64,000 nucleotides of DNA from Botryllus schlosseri (lineage: Eukaryota), in contig CM119371.1 of assembly GCA_051294905.1 (NCBI GenBank), positions 18,168,001-18,232,000 of the forward strand, given 5' to 3'. Made by a program: the position numbers and the translations under genes. This document shows positions 35,854 to 49,335 of this stretch, piece after piece (the stretch's first letter is position 1; the number at the start of each line of letters is the position of its first letter). The notes beneath the pieces are model-generated. The model was not told where the DNA came from, made no database searches, and saw only the letters and a list, made by a program, of their open reading frames with translations.

Positions 35854-38800
35854 GTGTCTATTACACAATAATACAGTATACCAGGAGTCGGGAACCTATT
35901 GCTCGCGAGCCATATATGGCTCTTTTGGGTATAGGATATGGCTATTTGCCAAATTTTAATTTTTAAACCTAATTTATCGATATTGCAGCAACTCGTTAGT
36001 AAATTTCAGCACGGTCAGAATGATTATTCTTGTGACAGTATAAACATGTCTTTGAGACGTCAAGACCGTGAGGTATTCAGGGTGAGGGGCTAGGACCCCC
36101 GTTTCAAAATCATCATTTTAGATTATTTCGATTTTACTATACTGCGTCTCACGAATGGATTTCGGTACAGTACTACAGCATTCCTAATAAAAGAACTCAA
36201 AGATTTTCAGCCAAACAATACCCGAATTACTTCGGTGATAATCGAGTTGTTAATGATACAATTGTGCGTGTTTTTATTAAGAGTTTGATTCCAGGGCGAC
36301 AAATTCGCACGGTGATTGAATAATCTCTGGATTCCTGTCGCATAGAGGCAGTTGGTAATGATCCTATAAGTGTGTGAAAACAGCGGAACGGCGGTCGCGC
36401 GAATAATCCGAAACGCAGCTGGATGAAAGTCGACAAAGTCAATGGTAATATTCAGGTTACGATTAAACTTGTCGCGGTAGCTCGATCCCGTACAAAAGAA
36501 TTAACCTCTCAAAGGATTAGGGTTAGAACAAAGTACACTTTTCAGACCATTTCTTATCGAGTCAGGATTGAAATCTGATTCTATGATTTCGTAATTACAA
36601 CCTTACCAGCGATTGTAGGGTTTTGCAACAAACTAATCACTTATTATTATCTCGCGGCCAATCGTAGGGTGTTCAGTGTTCACACTGTACACAGCTCTCT
36701 GCCGACAGACAAATGTCTGAATAACCAAGCCACTAGCGATTCCTATGTCTGTATCGTTATCTTGCTAGCGATCGTAGGGTTTCGTAGCAAACTAATTACG
36801 TATAATTATCTCACGACCTGTCGTAGGGTTCTGATACAAACCACCTACCGATTCATTATAACCTTGTCAGCGATCGTAGGGTTTTAGCTCATTATTATCT
36901 CGAGGCTGAAAGCCCACCTCATCAGCGATCGATATCTCCGTAGTGTTAGTTCAAACCCGATCGTAGGGGATTAAGCTCACCACCGGCCCCATTATTTGAT
37001 GAAGTGTTAGTTCACCACCGGGCCCAACTGAAGTACAGCCACCTTGTCAGCGATTAATACTACTACTGACGAACCTACGATCTCTCGTGTAAATAGTAGA
37101 TTCACGCTTTTACTACTGTCTAAATCTGTGGGAAATCAAAATTTTAATATTCGTGAGCCTCGTAAAATATCATACGGCTCAAACAAGATGTAACTTACAA
37201 AATATATATGTAACTCAAGTTTCGCATGGTCAAATAAGTCAACCAGCATGATTAGTACAAGTTTTTACAGAGAATCGACGAACCCCATGTAATGAGTTTG
37301 AATTAGTGCTACCCTAACGTCACGGATTTTCAATTGTGACGTAGAAGTTGATTGACATGTGTGGCATAGGCTCTGAACTCTTATTTTCCGTTGTTAAGCG
37401 GGATCAATGACGTCACAGAGAGGTGATGTCATACTACGTCAGAATTGACATATGAGCCGACTCGAACGTGTTCAATATCAAAAATCACCTGTCGCTCGTA
37501 TATGATGACAAAATTACGATACTATCATGCAGGCGCGTTGCCAGTCGGCCGCCGGCTGAATTGATTGAATTTGACTAGTGAGTCCGACTGCCGCCAATCG
37601 GGTTGCTCGCAATCTCCGTCAATACGCAACGTATTCGCCAGCGATAAGGGGATATAGGGATATCTAGTAGTTCTAGATATTCCTGGTATTCGCCAACACG
37701 CGCGCCGAAAATCACAAGATTTCAATCACTCCGTCTTGAGAACAAACGAATACGCATCTTGGGCGACGGATAATAAACTGATTTTACAGGAATTATTTTC
37801 TCAAATGCGAAATCTGTTCAATAGTGACACTAATTTCAGAGGAGTCAGAACTTTCGATATCAAGAGTCTAATTCTGCTTACTGCTACGCTTCAGTTACGC
37901 ACCCATGCGCCCCGATAAGCGTTGCCTTTTCTTTTTTGAAATTATGTCACACACGCAATAACTACACGTCGTTGGGGATATTTTGGGTTCACGTGGTGTG
38001 TAGCGTGTACTCTCAAGTCAGTTTACACGTCAACCGTTACAGCCCTAATTATACTCTTCTACTCATATATGTTGTTCGTTCAGATGCCCAGGATTTATTT
38101 GTTGGACGTGGATTGCTTACGACATTCGTAGATTTGTTCACAGTTCACAATGTCACCAGCGTTTCAATATACAATACAAACAATACAATACATTGGGTTA
38201 TAATTTTCATCCGAACAAGCTACACACACAATGTACAACGCGATAAGACACAATGCAATGTAACGCGCTGATAGGGGGATGTCGAACGACATGCGAACGA
38301 CACGCATCAGTAGCGATCCTTTACTCAAACATCCACCTCGGCCTAGGGTGCCCGATGTCACAGTTCTTATTCGGTGTTGATCTTTTTTGAAGCCGCGGCC
38401 CTCTCTATTAGTTCTTTCCGTTTCTTGTGAGTGCTTTCTTTCTTCGGATCTTTTTTTTTTTTGGGGCATTTTCGTCGCCGTAAGAACGCGACAGCTTGGG
38501 AAGAGGAGCCCAAATGAACCTCCGAAACAGTTCACTCTTCGGGCTTTTAGCATTTTCACCCTAGTTATGATGCGCCTATCTCCTTAGCCACTACAAAATC
38601 ACACAATCCTATTAGTTTCGCATTTCCTACAGTGTACGACATTCTGTTAATTATCACATCATATCAAACGTATCATATCAACCGATGCCGTTGTATTTTA
38701 TTAATTTAACCTTCGATTCACGGATTTTCATTTATTTCATTTTTAAACTACCTCTTAAATGATACGACACCCGTTATATTTCATTACATCGCGCGTACAC

Positions 38801-39035
38801 ATTTCACAGTCTTGCAAAAGGCATCAATTACGTACTACACGCCTACTTTACGCGTTGCAATTGAATAATATATATTCATATTGAAATGAACCCGAACTCA
38901 TTTTGTTGAGACAACCTTGGCTGGTGTATTTTGACACAATTCGACTCTAAGGCACACCGATGTGTCTGCACAGTGTACACTGTACACACACACAGTTACC
39001 ACATCTACAAGATATCGGTTGACATAGCGCTAGAC

Positions 39036-39862
39036 CAGCGGTTCTCAACCGGGGGTCCGTGAAGCCTCCAAATAGTTGATAAGCTAATTTGTATTTTTTT
39101 AATTCGGAAAATCACGAGGCAGTTTCGCTTCATTACTAGTTAAACTCCAGAGCTCACATCAACAGAATGGCAGTCTGAGATTAAATATCCTACTGTGCAG
39201 ACTCATTTTAATTGCTAAATTGTCAATAGCCCACGGATACAAACATTTTCTTGTTTAGAGATGTTTTGTTGGGGATTGTGGAAAAAAAGTTGGATGAGTA
39301 AGGTCGATCACGGTGACTTCGAAATATCAAAAAAAAAATACATTTTCTCCTGTGATATGTATAACCATTTTTCCATAATAACTTTAAGATAAGCTGCTAG
39401 ATAGAAATGACCAGGTTTGACGTCATATGCTCATTAAAAAAATTGTTTGTCAATTTCGGTGCCATATTTGTTGCGATGATACCCAAATGGGACGTCGGAA
39501 GCGTTACGAGTTATTATTATATTCGCCACCACCTATATTTGTGGAAATGGATTTTCGGCACTCGGTAATATCCTATCGAAGGCGCGGATTTTCAAGACAA
39601 GACTGCATGTTTCAAGAAATGCAATTGCAGAATTCGCTTTGAATTAATAGAAGTCAGCTCAATTTCTGCATGTATAATATGATTATTTCCAAAGAAAGTC
39701 GTTTGTTGCTGTTTATCACTAAGCCTACAGTTATAATTTGCGCACGACAGATGACGATTGCACGATATGTAAGCTAAAGTTGAACTAAAACTTTGTGGGG
39801 TCCGCGGGAGTCCGTGACTGTCTGGAAGGGGTCCGCGAAGACAAAAAGGTTGAGAACCACTG
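39036..39862. mobile_element. hAT-type MITE
   Basis: TIRs cagcggttctcaacc ... ggttgagaaccactg; perfect TSD CGCTAGAC. Confidence 0.9.
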
Positions 39863-40077
39863 CGCTAGACCTTTTGCACATTCATGTAATCATGCATCAT
39901 GACAGCATAGACTACCACAGCTACGCTCACACGCGTTAATTACGCGCACTTTCATCACGGTTATTTTCTTGTTTCATTTCACGAGTCACACCCTATTACA
40001 CTCGTGCGGTCATGCACACAGCGCGCATGACGACATTTATTACATTATCCTACATCATTTATTACATAACAATACAT

Positions 40078-42226
40078 CAGTGTTTCTTAACCTCGTCGCC
40101 AGCGCCCCCCCCCCCCCCCCCCCCCCCCCCCGCGAGGAGCGATTTGGATTTTGAAGGGTGTGTAAATGCTAAGGGTCCCTTGGCTAAGGGGACGGTATGG
40201 GTGGCACTGAAGACAATTGGTGTCCCAGTAGAAAGGGTGCAGTAGGGACATACGATTAGATAGTAAAACAACAGTTCTATTTATTCCTGAGCTCTCATTG
40301 CAAATTAACATTCAACACAATCTGTCAAATCTCGAAATTTGTCTCGCGCTGCGCTCGAAGTATATGCCGACAATCTTTGCATGGATGCAGTGGGTTATTG
40401 TAAAAAATTAATTATATAGTGGAATAAATATGACAATATGAACGTATTGTTTGCTGCAGTAAAATTAATTGCGTGTACATTTAGATCGCCAATTCCCCGT
40501 TAAAATACTCACATCACTCTAACTTGGATTATTTTACGCAAAATGTTTCGATCTCAGAGGTATTTTATAGGGATGGTGTGAACGTGAGGTTCACGTTCGC
40601 GTTCTGTGTGTGAACCTCGGAAATTTAGAGGTTCGCGTTCACAACAGAACCTTGGTAGGTTCTGCACTGTGAACCTTTTGGTAAATTGTAACTTTCACTC
40701 CATTATAAGATCTTTGGCTCAAATTAATTGCATTTCAACTGCGGGCCACTCCATGCATGGTGCTGGCAGCATAGAAAATCAACACTAAAAGAGCATGCAC
40801 CATTCACCTCGACAACCTTAAAAGTTTTACTTGCTTTGCTGCAAAAATTTTCTCGGAACATCCAGCTTTCCGTTTGTGAATATTTAGTGACTCTCTGCTG
40901 TGAGCTTGACCCGCAATCGATATACGTAGTCAGCGAATGATGCTTATTCAACCAATCAATGACATTGATATCGTCTTCTGATGTAAAAAATCGAACGGTC
41001 GTGCTGGGTCAATCTTGACTTCATATCTTTACTGTATCATTAAAACCAAATTCGTGAGATTAAGGTGCTTGCTACTGCTGCATAACTTGTTGTTTGTGGT
41101 ATCGGTAGCGAGTATAGAAACCAGTTTTACACTCTGCTCAATATCAATGAATCAATACTCAAACTCCGAACACATTGTTCGGTCTGGCTAGGACCGTTAA
41201 GGCGTAAGCTTATATTCCTTGGTAAGTCCTCGTCGAAATTGTTGGCAAAGCGACGGAAGGTACTGATTTTATGCAATTATTATATCCTTTGATTACCGCA
41301 GTTGATACATTTAGCGACGTTTAAAACGCCGATATGTACTTCATCATTGTGGCATTATGTGGGCCGAATCTTCGCTAGGTATCGTGTACATTAATATAGG
41401 GCATAGGCTATCACTTCATTGAAAGAAAGGGTTGGAATTAGCAATATGACGTCACATGACGTCACGAGGTTCACGTTCGTGTTCACACAGAACCTTTCAA
41501 AAAGGTTCGCGTTCACACGAACCTGAACCTTTCAGAGGTTCACACCATCCCTACTATTTTATCCCGCACCGTATAGCGTGTCGAAATCGAAGAGGTACTG
41601 TACCAGTTTGGGAGTGAGAGCCCTTCGTACATCAAAGATGCTTTGAAGCTTTTTGGTCAAAATGATGAACTAAATATATTTTTATTTGACAGCTACAAAA
41701 TTTACTTTTCAGACTATTTCCTGATCGTATCATGGAGTATCATGGGCTGCATTGTTTGGAATACATTCATGTTAAAGTTACTAACTGGGTGCAGTACTAA
41801 ACTCAATCTGAGCAAAATCTCTATCACTATCTCAGTTTATTAGTCAGATTTATTAGTCACAGAAGGCAATAAAACAAAACCCAATATAATTAGCGTCCCC
41901 GTATTGCCAGTTGCAGAGGTGAATTCTGGATGTGTAGGGTACATCGGGCTCGAACCAGATGATCTGAACCCGTGCCCGATGGTTGTTACAACAACCTTGA
42001 TTGGATCTCGAATATGACACATACAGTTATTATAGCGTTAATCAGTCGAGTGGTCCTCGGACGCGATTCAAGCTATTTGCAATAGTCAAGTCCCCACCCA
42101 AAAAGACCGGCCAGACTTTGAACTGTTACCCCTTGTTCTTACTACCGTCCTTAAATTATATGGGGGAGCTAGACTTGGGCAATTGTCGGAAAGGGGCGCT
42201 GCAGGGGAAAAGGTTACGAACCATTG
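40078..42226. mobile_element. hAT-type non-autonomous element with a C27 run and a nested MITE
   Basis: cagtgtttcttaacct ... aggttacgaaccattg; flanks caatacat/cattgcat; poly-C at 40105-40131. Confidence 0.6.
40568..41553. mobile_element. TAGGGATGGTGTGAAC-family MITE
   Basis: Perfect TIRs; TSD gtatttta/ctatttta; inverted relative to 52378-53355. Confidence 0.9.
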
Positions 42227-44674
42227 CATTGCATCATTACACAATATATCCATTTTTCTTATTCACTGCGCCGCGTTACAGCACCCTATCCCGCAATCAT
42301 CGGGCTTTTCCAAGCATCATGTTACATGCCTGCTTCCGCCTGGTTGTAGTTACTATTGCAGTGAAATTGTATTTTACTTCCGTTTTCATTTTGTACATAA
42401 ATCGTTTCCAGGCTTAGTAATCATTTTAATTGTTTGTATCTCGTGATGCTGTCGCAAGCTCATTTCAGCCGCGAAAGATACCCAGCCGGACGATCGGTAC
42501 GCCGCAGATTTCTGCATGACACCGGAGGATCAGGCCACAAGTACATTGAATTAGAATCGTCTCACGCTAACGAATCTCGCCCTGACACAGCGACATCTGA
42601 ACAGCTACGGTTCACGGCTCAGTCACAAGGTGCCCGATGCAAGTATTCAAGAACCAACTTCAGCAATCATCTTCGACGCCGAAGGCAACCGACACGTCAC
42701 GAGCAAGCAACGCATCGCATCTGATACCAGCTAGCGCACAGCTACGGAGCCACAGATGTTAGCCTCACTTCTTTTCAGGTGGCGTATGCTGATTCTCAAC
42801 CACTAATATTTGCATTATATATATATGTACATAGTTTAAATGCATCAAATTACATGACTCTATTGGTTAAACAGCGTTAAGAACTGGTAAAATATACTGT
42901 AAAACAGTCAGAGTTGGTCAAAGCAGTTCTACTGAAGTTCAAGTAGAAATAATGCCGTAAATTCCTCTTCAATTGGAACTAAAAGCAGCGATATCCAGTT
43001 CGTTCCAAAACTATATCAATTGAAAGCCGAAAGTGAAAGGTCTGATAGTGTAGTTTCAAAGAGTAGAGTTGTTGGAGACTTGGAGGGTACTTTGACCAAC
43101 TAAAAACTGTTAAGCAGCAGTGATAGCGTACACTAAAATGCATGAGCACTTGAGTAAGTTGTGCAGGTAGTCAACGCCTAAGACTGAATAGTTCAGAAAT
43201 GTAGAAGTAGCCTATTACGTTGCTGACCAACTATGATTTGAAGTTATGGCATGCTCTGTTTGAGATTTACTCTTGCTTGCGTTAGCAATAATAAGGAATG
43301 GAAACGTCAACACGATTGCTATGCAAAAAGTTTATTTAATATACACTGCACATTTTTCAGGATCGAATATAAGTGTTGAAAATAACAATTATAATTATAA
43401 AGGCTTATCACGGGCAGCATCAGTCACGGCGAACGAAATTACGCATCCAAAAACCCAAACATAAAACTATATATCCTGCGTGCCATGAGTGTCAGTGCCA
43501 TTGCATCACGCGGAAACAACGTGAGGGACACATCACATTTTTCACGTAATAGCCTAAGTAAATGGGACTGTAAGATTGAGGTCGCGTCGATAAACTGCAA
43601 CATTGATGAATACATGCCAGAGCATGTATAGACAAAGGATTGAGAAACCGTGACATGCGATGGCGATTAACCTCGACACTACCGAGATTTCTTCATGTTG
43701 CGTATTATCAAAATCGTTTAGCTGCAGTTCCAATGCGGTGGTTCCTCGAGAAAATGGTTCGCTGCAAATGTTTTTCCCAATTTTATCTACAATTTGAGAC
43801 CACGTCATATTTAGAGAGCTCTAGATATGAACATAAATACAGTACACATGTACGTACATAGGCATATCCTGCATTGCCTACAATGTGAGAAGTATCGAAC
43901 GACCTGAACTAACGAGCGTATCATGCTTACGGTGTTGCAATATAATTGAGCGTAACGAATTCATTGCAGCTGGGCCATATCATCATAACGACAACCTTTG
44001 ACGGGTCAAATATCATTTACACACAGCAATATAATTTAGAATATGGAATGAATAGTATCTGTAAACATCATATTGTCTATAATGCCAGATACGCATATGG
44101 ATGTGTGAAAATGGTCTACGTAACTGATTATAACAGACCCCAAATATTTTTAGGACTACAGCTCAGTTCGTTTTGGTTGAAGCGGTTTCCAACTCTGCCC
44201 ACAAATATGATTGACAGGGCGTCCTTGATGCTCTCGCGGGCCACATAAAATTACGCATCTAAGATGGAAAATATAAAATACTTATTCTCGAGTTTGATAT
44301 ATTTGCGTCAATGATAGTTTGGCGTGTGCAAAGAAATGCTGAGGATAAATAAACTACGATTTATACATAATTTACTCTCTATAATGCTCATTTCATGATA
44401 TAGTTATGAGGGTAAGGGATGCCGATTGACAGTTTTGTTAGCATTTCGTCAATATCCACTGTATAAAAACGCCGTAAGAGAACAAAAGTACCACGACGCC
44501 TCCAATGATTACATTTGGCCCCCGATAAGTGTTGATGGCGAAGCAAAATGCTATTTTAAAATATTTTCTCATACATAATTACAATGTCCAAGTCATGGAC
44601 AGGGGATTCATGTAGCCAATATCTGTGTCACTGAAAGTCGGTGGTTTGTCGACGAAAGAAAAAACATTGCAAGT

Positions 44675-45817
44675 TCATACCGGGAGCTTATGTCTGATGA
44701 ATTGCTTGTTGGCGCACATGGTTTCCAGAGGGAGTATTTCCTGTCTCCCTTGATGGGCTCTTTGACATAAGACTAACCATGGAAACAATTTTAATTTCCA
44801 ATCGGTTGAAATTATATTGACGCAAAGTAGATTGATCAGCAAGTTCAGGCCATTCATACTTTGCAAGACGTTAGTGAGTTCCAACAAGTTCACAAGTAAT
44901 ACCGACATAGTTGTATCCGTGACTAAGACTACTGTTGTCAGGATGGTTACTCTTTTCAGCAATCGAACATATTTACGATCGGTTGGAATATTTGACTTGC
45001 GATTATTTTGCATGTGCTTAATCAATGGATAGATGAATAAAATCAGGAGTGGAAACTGAATGGTCCACGGAACCGCCATCAACATCCACGTGAGCCGTCC
45101 GGCCACCATATGCGATATGGTTCTGTGCGATTCCACTATCATGAAGACAATTGCAAAAACGAAAAAGACTGTCATATAAACAATGAGGTATTTACTGATA
45201 AATGTTGTAATCTTATTTGAAGGATGAGCCAATGTCTGTTCCCGATAGAACGTTCTTTGCCTTTGCCAAATCACTGCATATATGGTTAGTGTCACAAATC
45301 CCCATACAGGTGGGATGTATTGTGACACTGACATCATATAATCGTAAACCAATCCACATTTGGCAGGTAAGAGAGTCGATAAAAGACGGTACATCTCTGC
45401 AGTATTTTTTCCGGTAGCAAAGACATTGTGGAAATCAGACAGGTTCCATTTGTTTTGAAACATCTCAATCACAGTTCTTTGACCTTCGGACAAATTCTTA
45501 TTTGTACTATTGAAATTCAAAATCGAATACCGAGATATATCTTTTCGTTCGTCCACCACGAAAGAGCAATGTCGTTTTAATAATATCGCACTTGCTATAA
45601 CCATAATTTCTGAAACAGCGAAGACAGTGCAGCTAACAGAAAGCATAATGCTTTCAATGCGCTTCCTTGAGATCTTGCAATCACAGCAAGGCTGCTCTTT
45701 TTCACGAATCAGATGCAACCATAGAACAAAACACATGTAGACTGCGACACCACACACCACGGATTCACACGCGATTAGAGTATCGACACCAGGAAAGATA
45801 TCTTCTTGTTTGGCCAT
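44675..45817 (-). CDS. Orphan 7TM / GPCR-like membrane protein, paralogue 3 (380 aa, uninterrupted CDS)
   Basis: Intact ORF, closest to paralogue 1; WQRQRTFY..LAHPSNK, IQFPLLILFIYPL, W..KLFPW. Confidence 0.9.
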   Translation of the reverse strand: MAKQEDIFPGVDTLIACESVVCGVAVYMCFVLWLHLIREKEQPCCDCKISRKRIESIMLSVSCTVFAVSEIMVIASAILLKRHCSFVVDERKDISRYSILNFNSTNKNLSEGQRTVIEMFQNKWNLSDFHNVFATGKNTAEMYRLLSTLLPAKCGLVYDYMMSVSQYIPPVWGFVTLTIYAVIWQRQRTFYREQTLAHPSNKITTFISKYLIVYMTVFFVFAIVFMIVESHRTISHMVAGRLTWMLMAVPWTIQFPLLILFIYPLIKHMQNNRKSNIPTDRKYVRLLKRVTILTTVVLVTDTTMSVLLVNLLELTNVLQSMNGLNLLINLLCVNIISTDWKLKLFPWLVLCQRAHQGRQEILPLETMCANKQFIRHKLPV

Positions 45818-46248
45818 ATCTACTTCAATAAGCTTTTAAATATATCAAGTAATTAAATCTCTGTAAAATGCAACGTCAAAAAGAAAGTAGCAGATAAAGC
45901 AGTAACATATCATAAAATTGTAACGCGTAATTAAACGAAGATTAACACTAAACATGGTATAGGCTACATGTAGTATGATATCCTAACCAAGTAAAACTAG
46001 ACGGCCGGTGAATGGCTATAATACACAATGCTCCATTGGGTAACATATGTGCAGATTTGCTTCAGGTGATGAGAGGTCGTCTGAGGTGTGGTTTTGTAAA
46101 TTGACTACAAATTTACGTTGTGAAATACTTCACACCGCTCTTTGATGTAAAGATACAGAACAGTCAGAGGTAAAGGTATATAGCGAATTCCGAAAAGCTC
46201 TGCCATGTGGTATATTGTTAGATTTTCCAAAGTGCAGTCGTATCAATT

Positions 46249-48494
46249 CAGAGGTGGTCAAAGTAGTCAAGAAATCTACTCAAGTAGAAGTAGAAGTAGC
46301 GACGAAAATATCTACTCAAGTACGAGTAGAAGTACTTCTTCCATTAGCAACCTAGAACTACTTGAAGTTGAAGTAGAATTGACTAAATTTAAAAGTACTC
46401 AAGTAAGTAAGTAATTATGAAAACGATCCTAATTCGTTCACATGGATTGTAAGGTGCAAATTGAGCAATAGGTGACGAGCTTGATTCATATTGATGCATA
46501 CCAGCAGGTATCCTTTCCGATAGCATAAGTATTCGTCCACATCATGGGATGAAAATGATAGAATTGATATGGAAATGCGATGCTAATACTCTGTTTTTTC
46601 GAACAGCACGTTTTAGAAAATAGCATGCGTTATGGTGCCATTCCCCATATTATAAGGCCCGTAGTTTAGTCGAAGAGCAATACGGAGAAGTTGTATAGGA
46701 TACGGTTGCGCGATTGGTAAACGTTAATAAAAAATATGGTGGACCGTAAAAATGCCATATTGTGTAGCTTTATTTCCAGAAATTAAAGGCATTACTACAC
46801 TTGCTTTTATACTTCAACATGTATGTTATCCAGACAAAAGAACTGATAATAATTATAACTCAAAGTATATGATACTGGGAATTGAAAGTGTAATGTAAAT
46901 ACTACTTCTAAAATCAGAACACGTAGGGGAGATGTGGTACCGATGGATCACTGGGACCGAAAATACTTGAAAAATTCCCCATGATAATTCCATGATTACA
47001 CTCCGTGAATTTGTCTACAATTACATGCTGACAGAATCTTTCCTCACATGCAAAAAAAATCGACCTGCGTGAGTTATGGGGTCTGTGACGAACGATTTAC
47101 GTTTTAGGGGGTGTAAAGTAAATTTCGATCGACATTTGCATTTTTCCATATCACCTTTCAGACTAACAAACCCGCCATAATTGTTGATGTGAAGTATAGG
47201 GCTTGTATCAGGGTATATAATGGCATATCTTTTTTGAATCAATACCATCCTTGGGTGGACTATTTTCCAGTCAATTACAATATTTATGGGGTGGGGGACC
47301 TATGGTACCATAGCCAAATCAAGCAAAATAGATGGACCAACTAATCACTTAACAACAGAAACTCGTCTTCATATATATAGGCTGTAAATCATAGTTACCT
47401 GTGGTGTTTTATCGCTGGTACGAGGTATTTGAAAGTCAAAATGTCGATTTGCGGGTAATATGTATGTGGCATTAATTTTGTAAGTTTAGGCGTAAATCAA
47501 AACATGATTTTATGCCAACATTTGAGTTGATATAATCTATTTTATTCTTGAAGGTCGTGACGAAACATTCATCATTGGCTTTCTGTAGCTTAGCTTATAG
47601 TACACAACAAAACAAGTTAACAAATTTGAGTTTTTGAGCGTATGTCTCATAGGTCCCATGGTCGTGTTCCTTTGGACCCACCGGGTGGGGACCGATGACA
47701 CGTTCGAGCAACAAATTTTAAACGTTTGTAAATATTTTTTGAAAAGGCGGATATTCATGTAAATGTCCGCGATAGGTAGAGCTTGTATCGAAGTGCTGAG
47801 ACAGCAAAAGATCTGCTATTCTCGGCTGAAGATTTGAGGGCCAGAGCTCATTTTGCAATTTTTGATCCATCGGTACCGCACATCTCCCCTATTTCATGTT
47901 TTAGTCCGGAAAGGTTCAAAGGTTGTGTGCTAAAACAGCTCTAAAACTAAAAAAAAGTCATAGTTCACTTTTCCAGATTTGGACACGCCATGGACATGCT
48001 AGATTACGATATGACAAGTAAATGCTAGATTGCGAAACATCAATTTCAAACGTTATGATGAGCTATATATACTGAAATGAATTATTTGATATGGACGAAG
48101 GGCGACAACGTGGTGTGAACGGAACCACGCCAACCCTCCACCTAAATTATATTCACCGATACTTTCGTGAAATCATACTGGTCACTCCGTATCCAGCACT
48201 GCACGCGAAGCACGACGAAAATTCTGGGCTTTACTAAACTTTTATGAAAATTTAATGTTGATACTCCGTGAAAACAGCCCCGAAATTCCTCAGGCTATCT
48301 TCCTGATTGGAAGATTGAACTACTTCTACTTGACAAACTGAAAATAGCGAAAAGTAAGTAAGTAGATCACAAAATATTACGAAGTAGAAGTAGAAGTAGC
48401 GAAAATCAGATCTACTTGAGTAAGTACCAGAAGTAGAGGGAAACTACTTGAGTACTTCGAAAAAGTAGAAGTACTTCGTTACTGACCACCTCTG
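46249..48494. mobile_element. CAGAGGTGGTCA-family element with a nested TA-flanked MITE
   Basis: cagaggtggtcaaagta ... ttactgaccacctctg; AGTAGA-rich subtermini; cgtatca near both ends. Other family ends at ~15379 and ~19099. Confidence 0.7.
46926..47889. mobile_element. TA-flanked MITE, second copy of 5899-6861
   Basis: ggggagatgtggtaccgatgg ... catctcccc with TA flanks; colinear with the first copy. Confidence 0.9.
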
Positions 48495-49029
48495 CGTATC
48501 ATAGACATTCACATTTTTCTCCATCGCCGTGATAATCTTGCCACTTCATCGCATCTCGAAGAGGATTAATGTTTTCCTGAAAAAAGCCTATTTGTCCGCG
48601 GCGTTTTGCAGCGAGTTAACAAGAATATCCCTCTAACGCGAGGAAATCCAGTGCTGAGCCGCCATTACAGTATTTACACCGTACAGTCACAGTAGCTAAT
48701 GTGCGACGAATAATAGCCATTTTGTGAGGGCATAGTAGCTTGTAGTCTGCGAACAGCATTCTAGTTTCGATCACAAACAGATCAAATGCAAAGAAAAAGG
48801 GATAAATATCAAAGGCCGTCTTATATGCGTCTCGGTCTTGTCAGTGTCTGGGCCATTGCACGTCAAGGCAATATGCTTATTTATCGATATGTCGATGACC
48901 CCTCATATAGTGTAGAAGGAGCCATGTTTGGTGTACACACGGAACGCATTGTGATTTGATATGAAATTAACTTTTTGCTGTATTTATTTATCATTCACAA
49001 TTTCAGTCAATTTCCAAGTTTTTGCGAAT

Positions 49030-49335
49030 TCAGTAATTCTAATTCCAATCTAATTTGGAAGAAACTGCGTATCTCTAATTCTAATACTATTCTAATTTGG
49101 AAATAACTTTATAGCTCTAATTCTAATCTAATTTTGAAAAAGCTGTGTAGCTCTAATTCTAATTCTAATGTAATTTGGAAAAAACTGTATAGCTCCAATT
49201 CTAATGTAATTTGGAAAAAGCTGTGTAGCTCCAATTCCAGTTCTAATGTAATTTGGAAAAAAACTGTATAGCTCTGATTCCAATCTAATTTGGAAAAAGC
49301 TGTGTAGCTCTAATCCTAATTCTAATATAATTATG
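49030..49335. repeat. Minisatellite (36-42-bp units), inverted relative of 4386-4745
   Basis: Repeated ttctaat(g/c)taatttggaaaaa(g/a)ctgt(g/a)tagctc. Confidence 0.85.
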
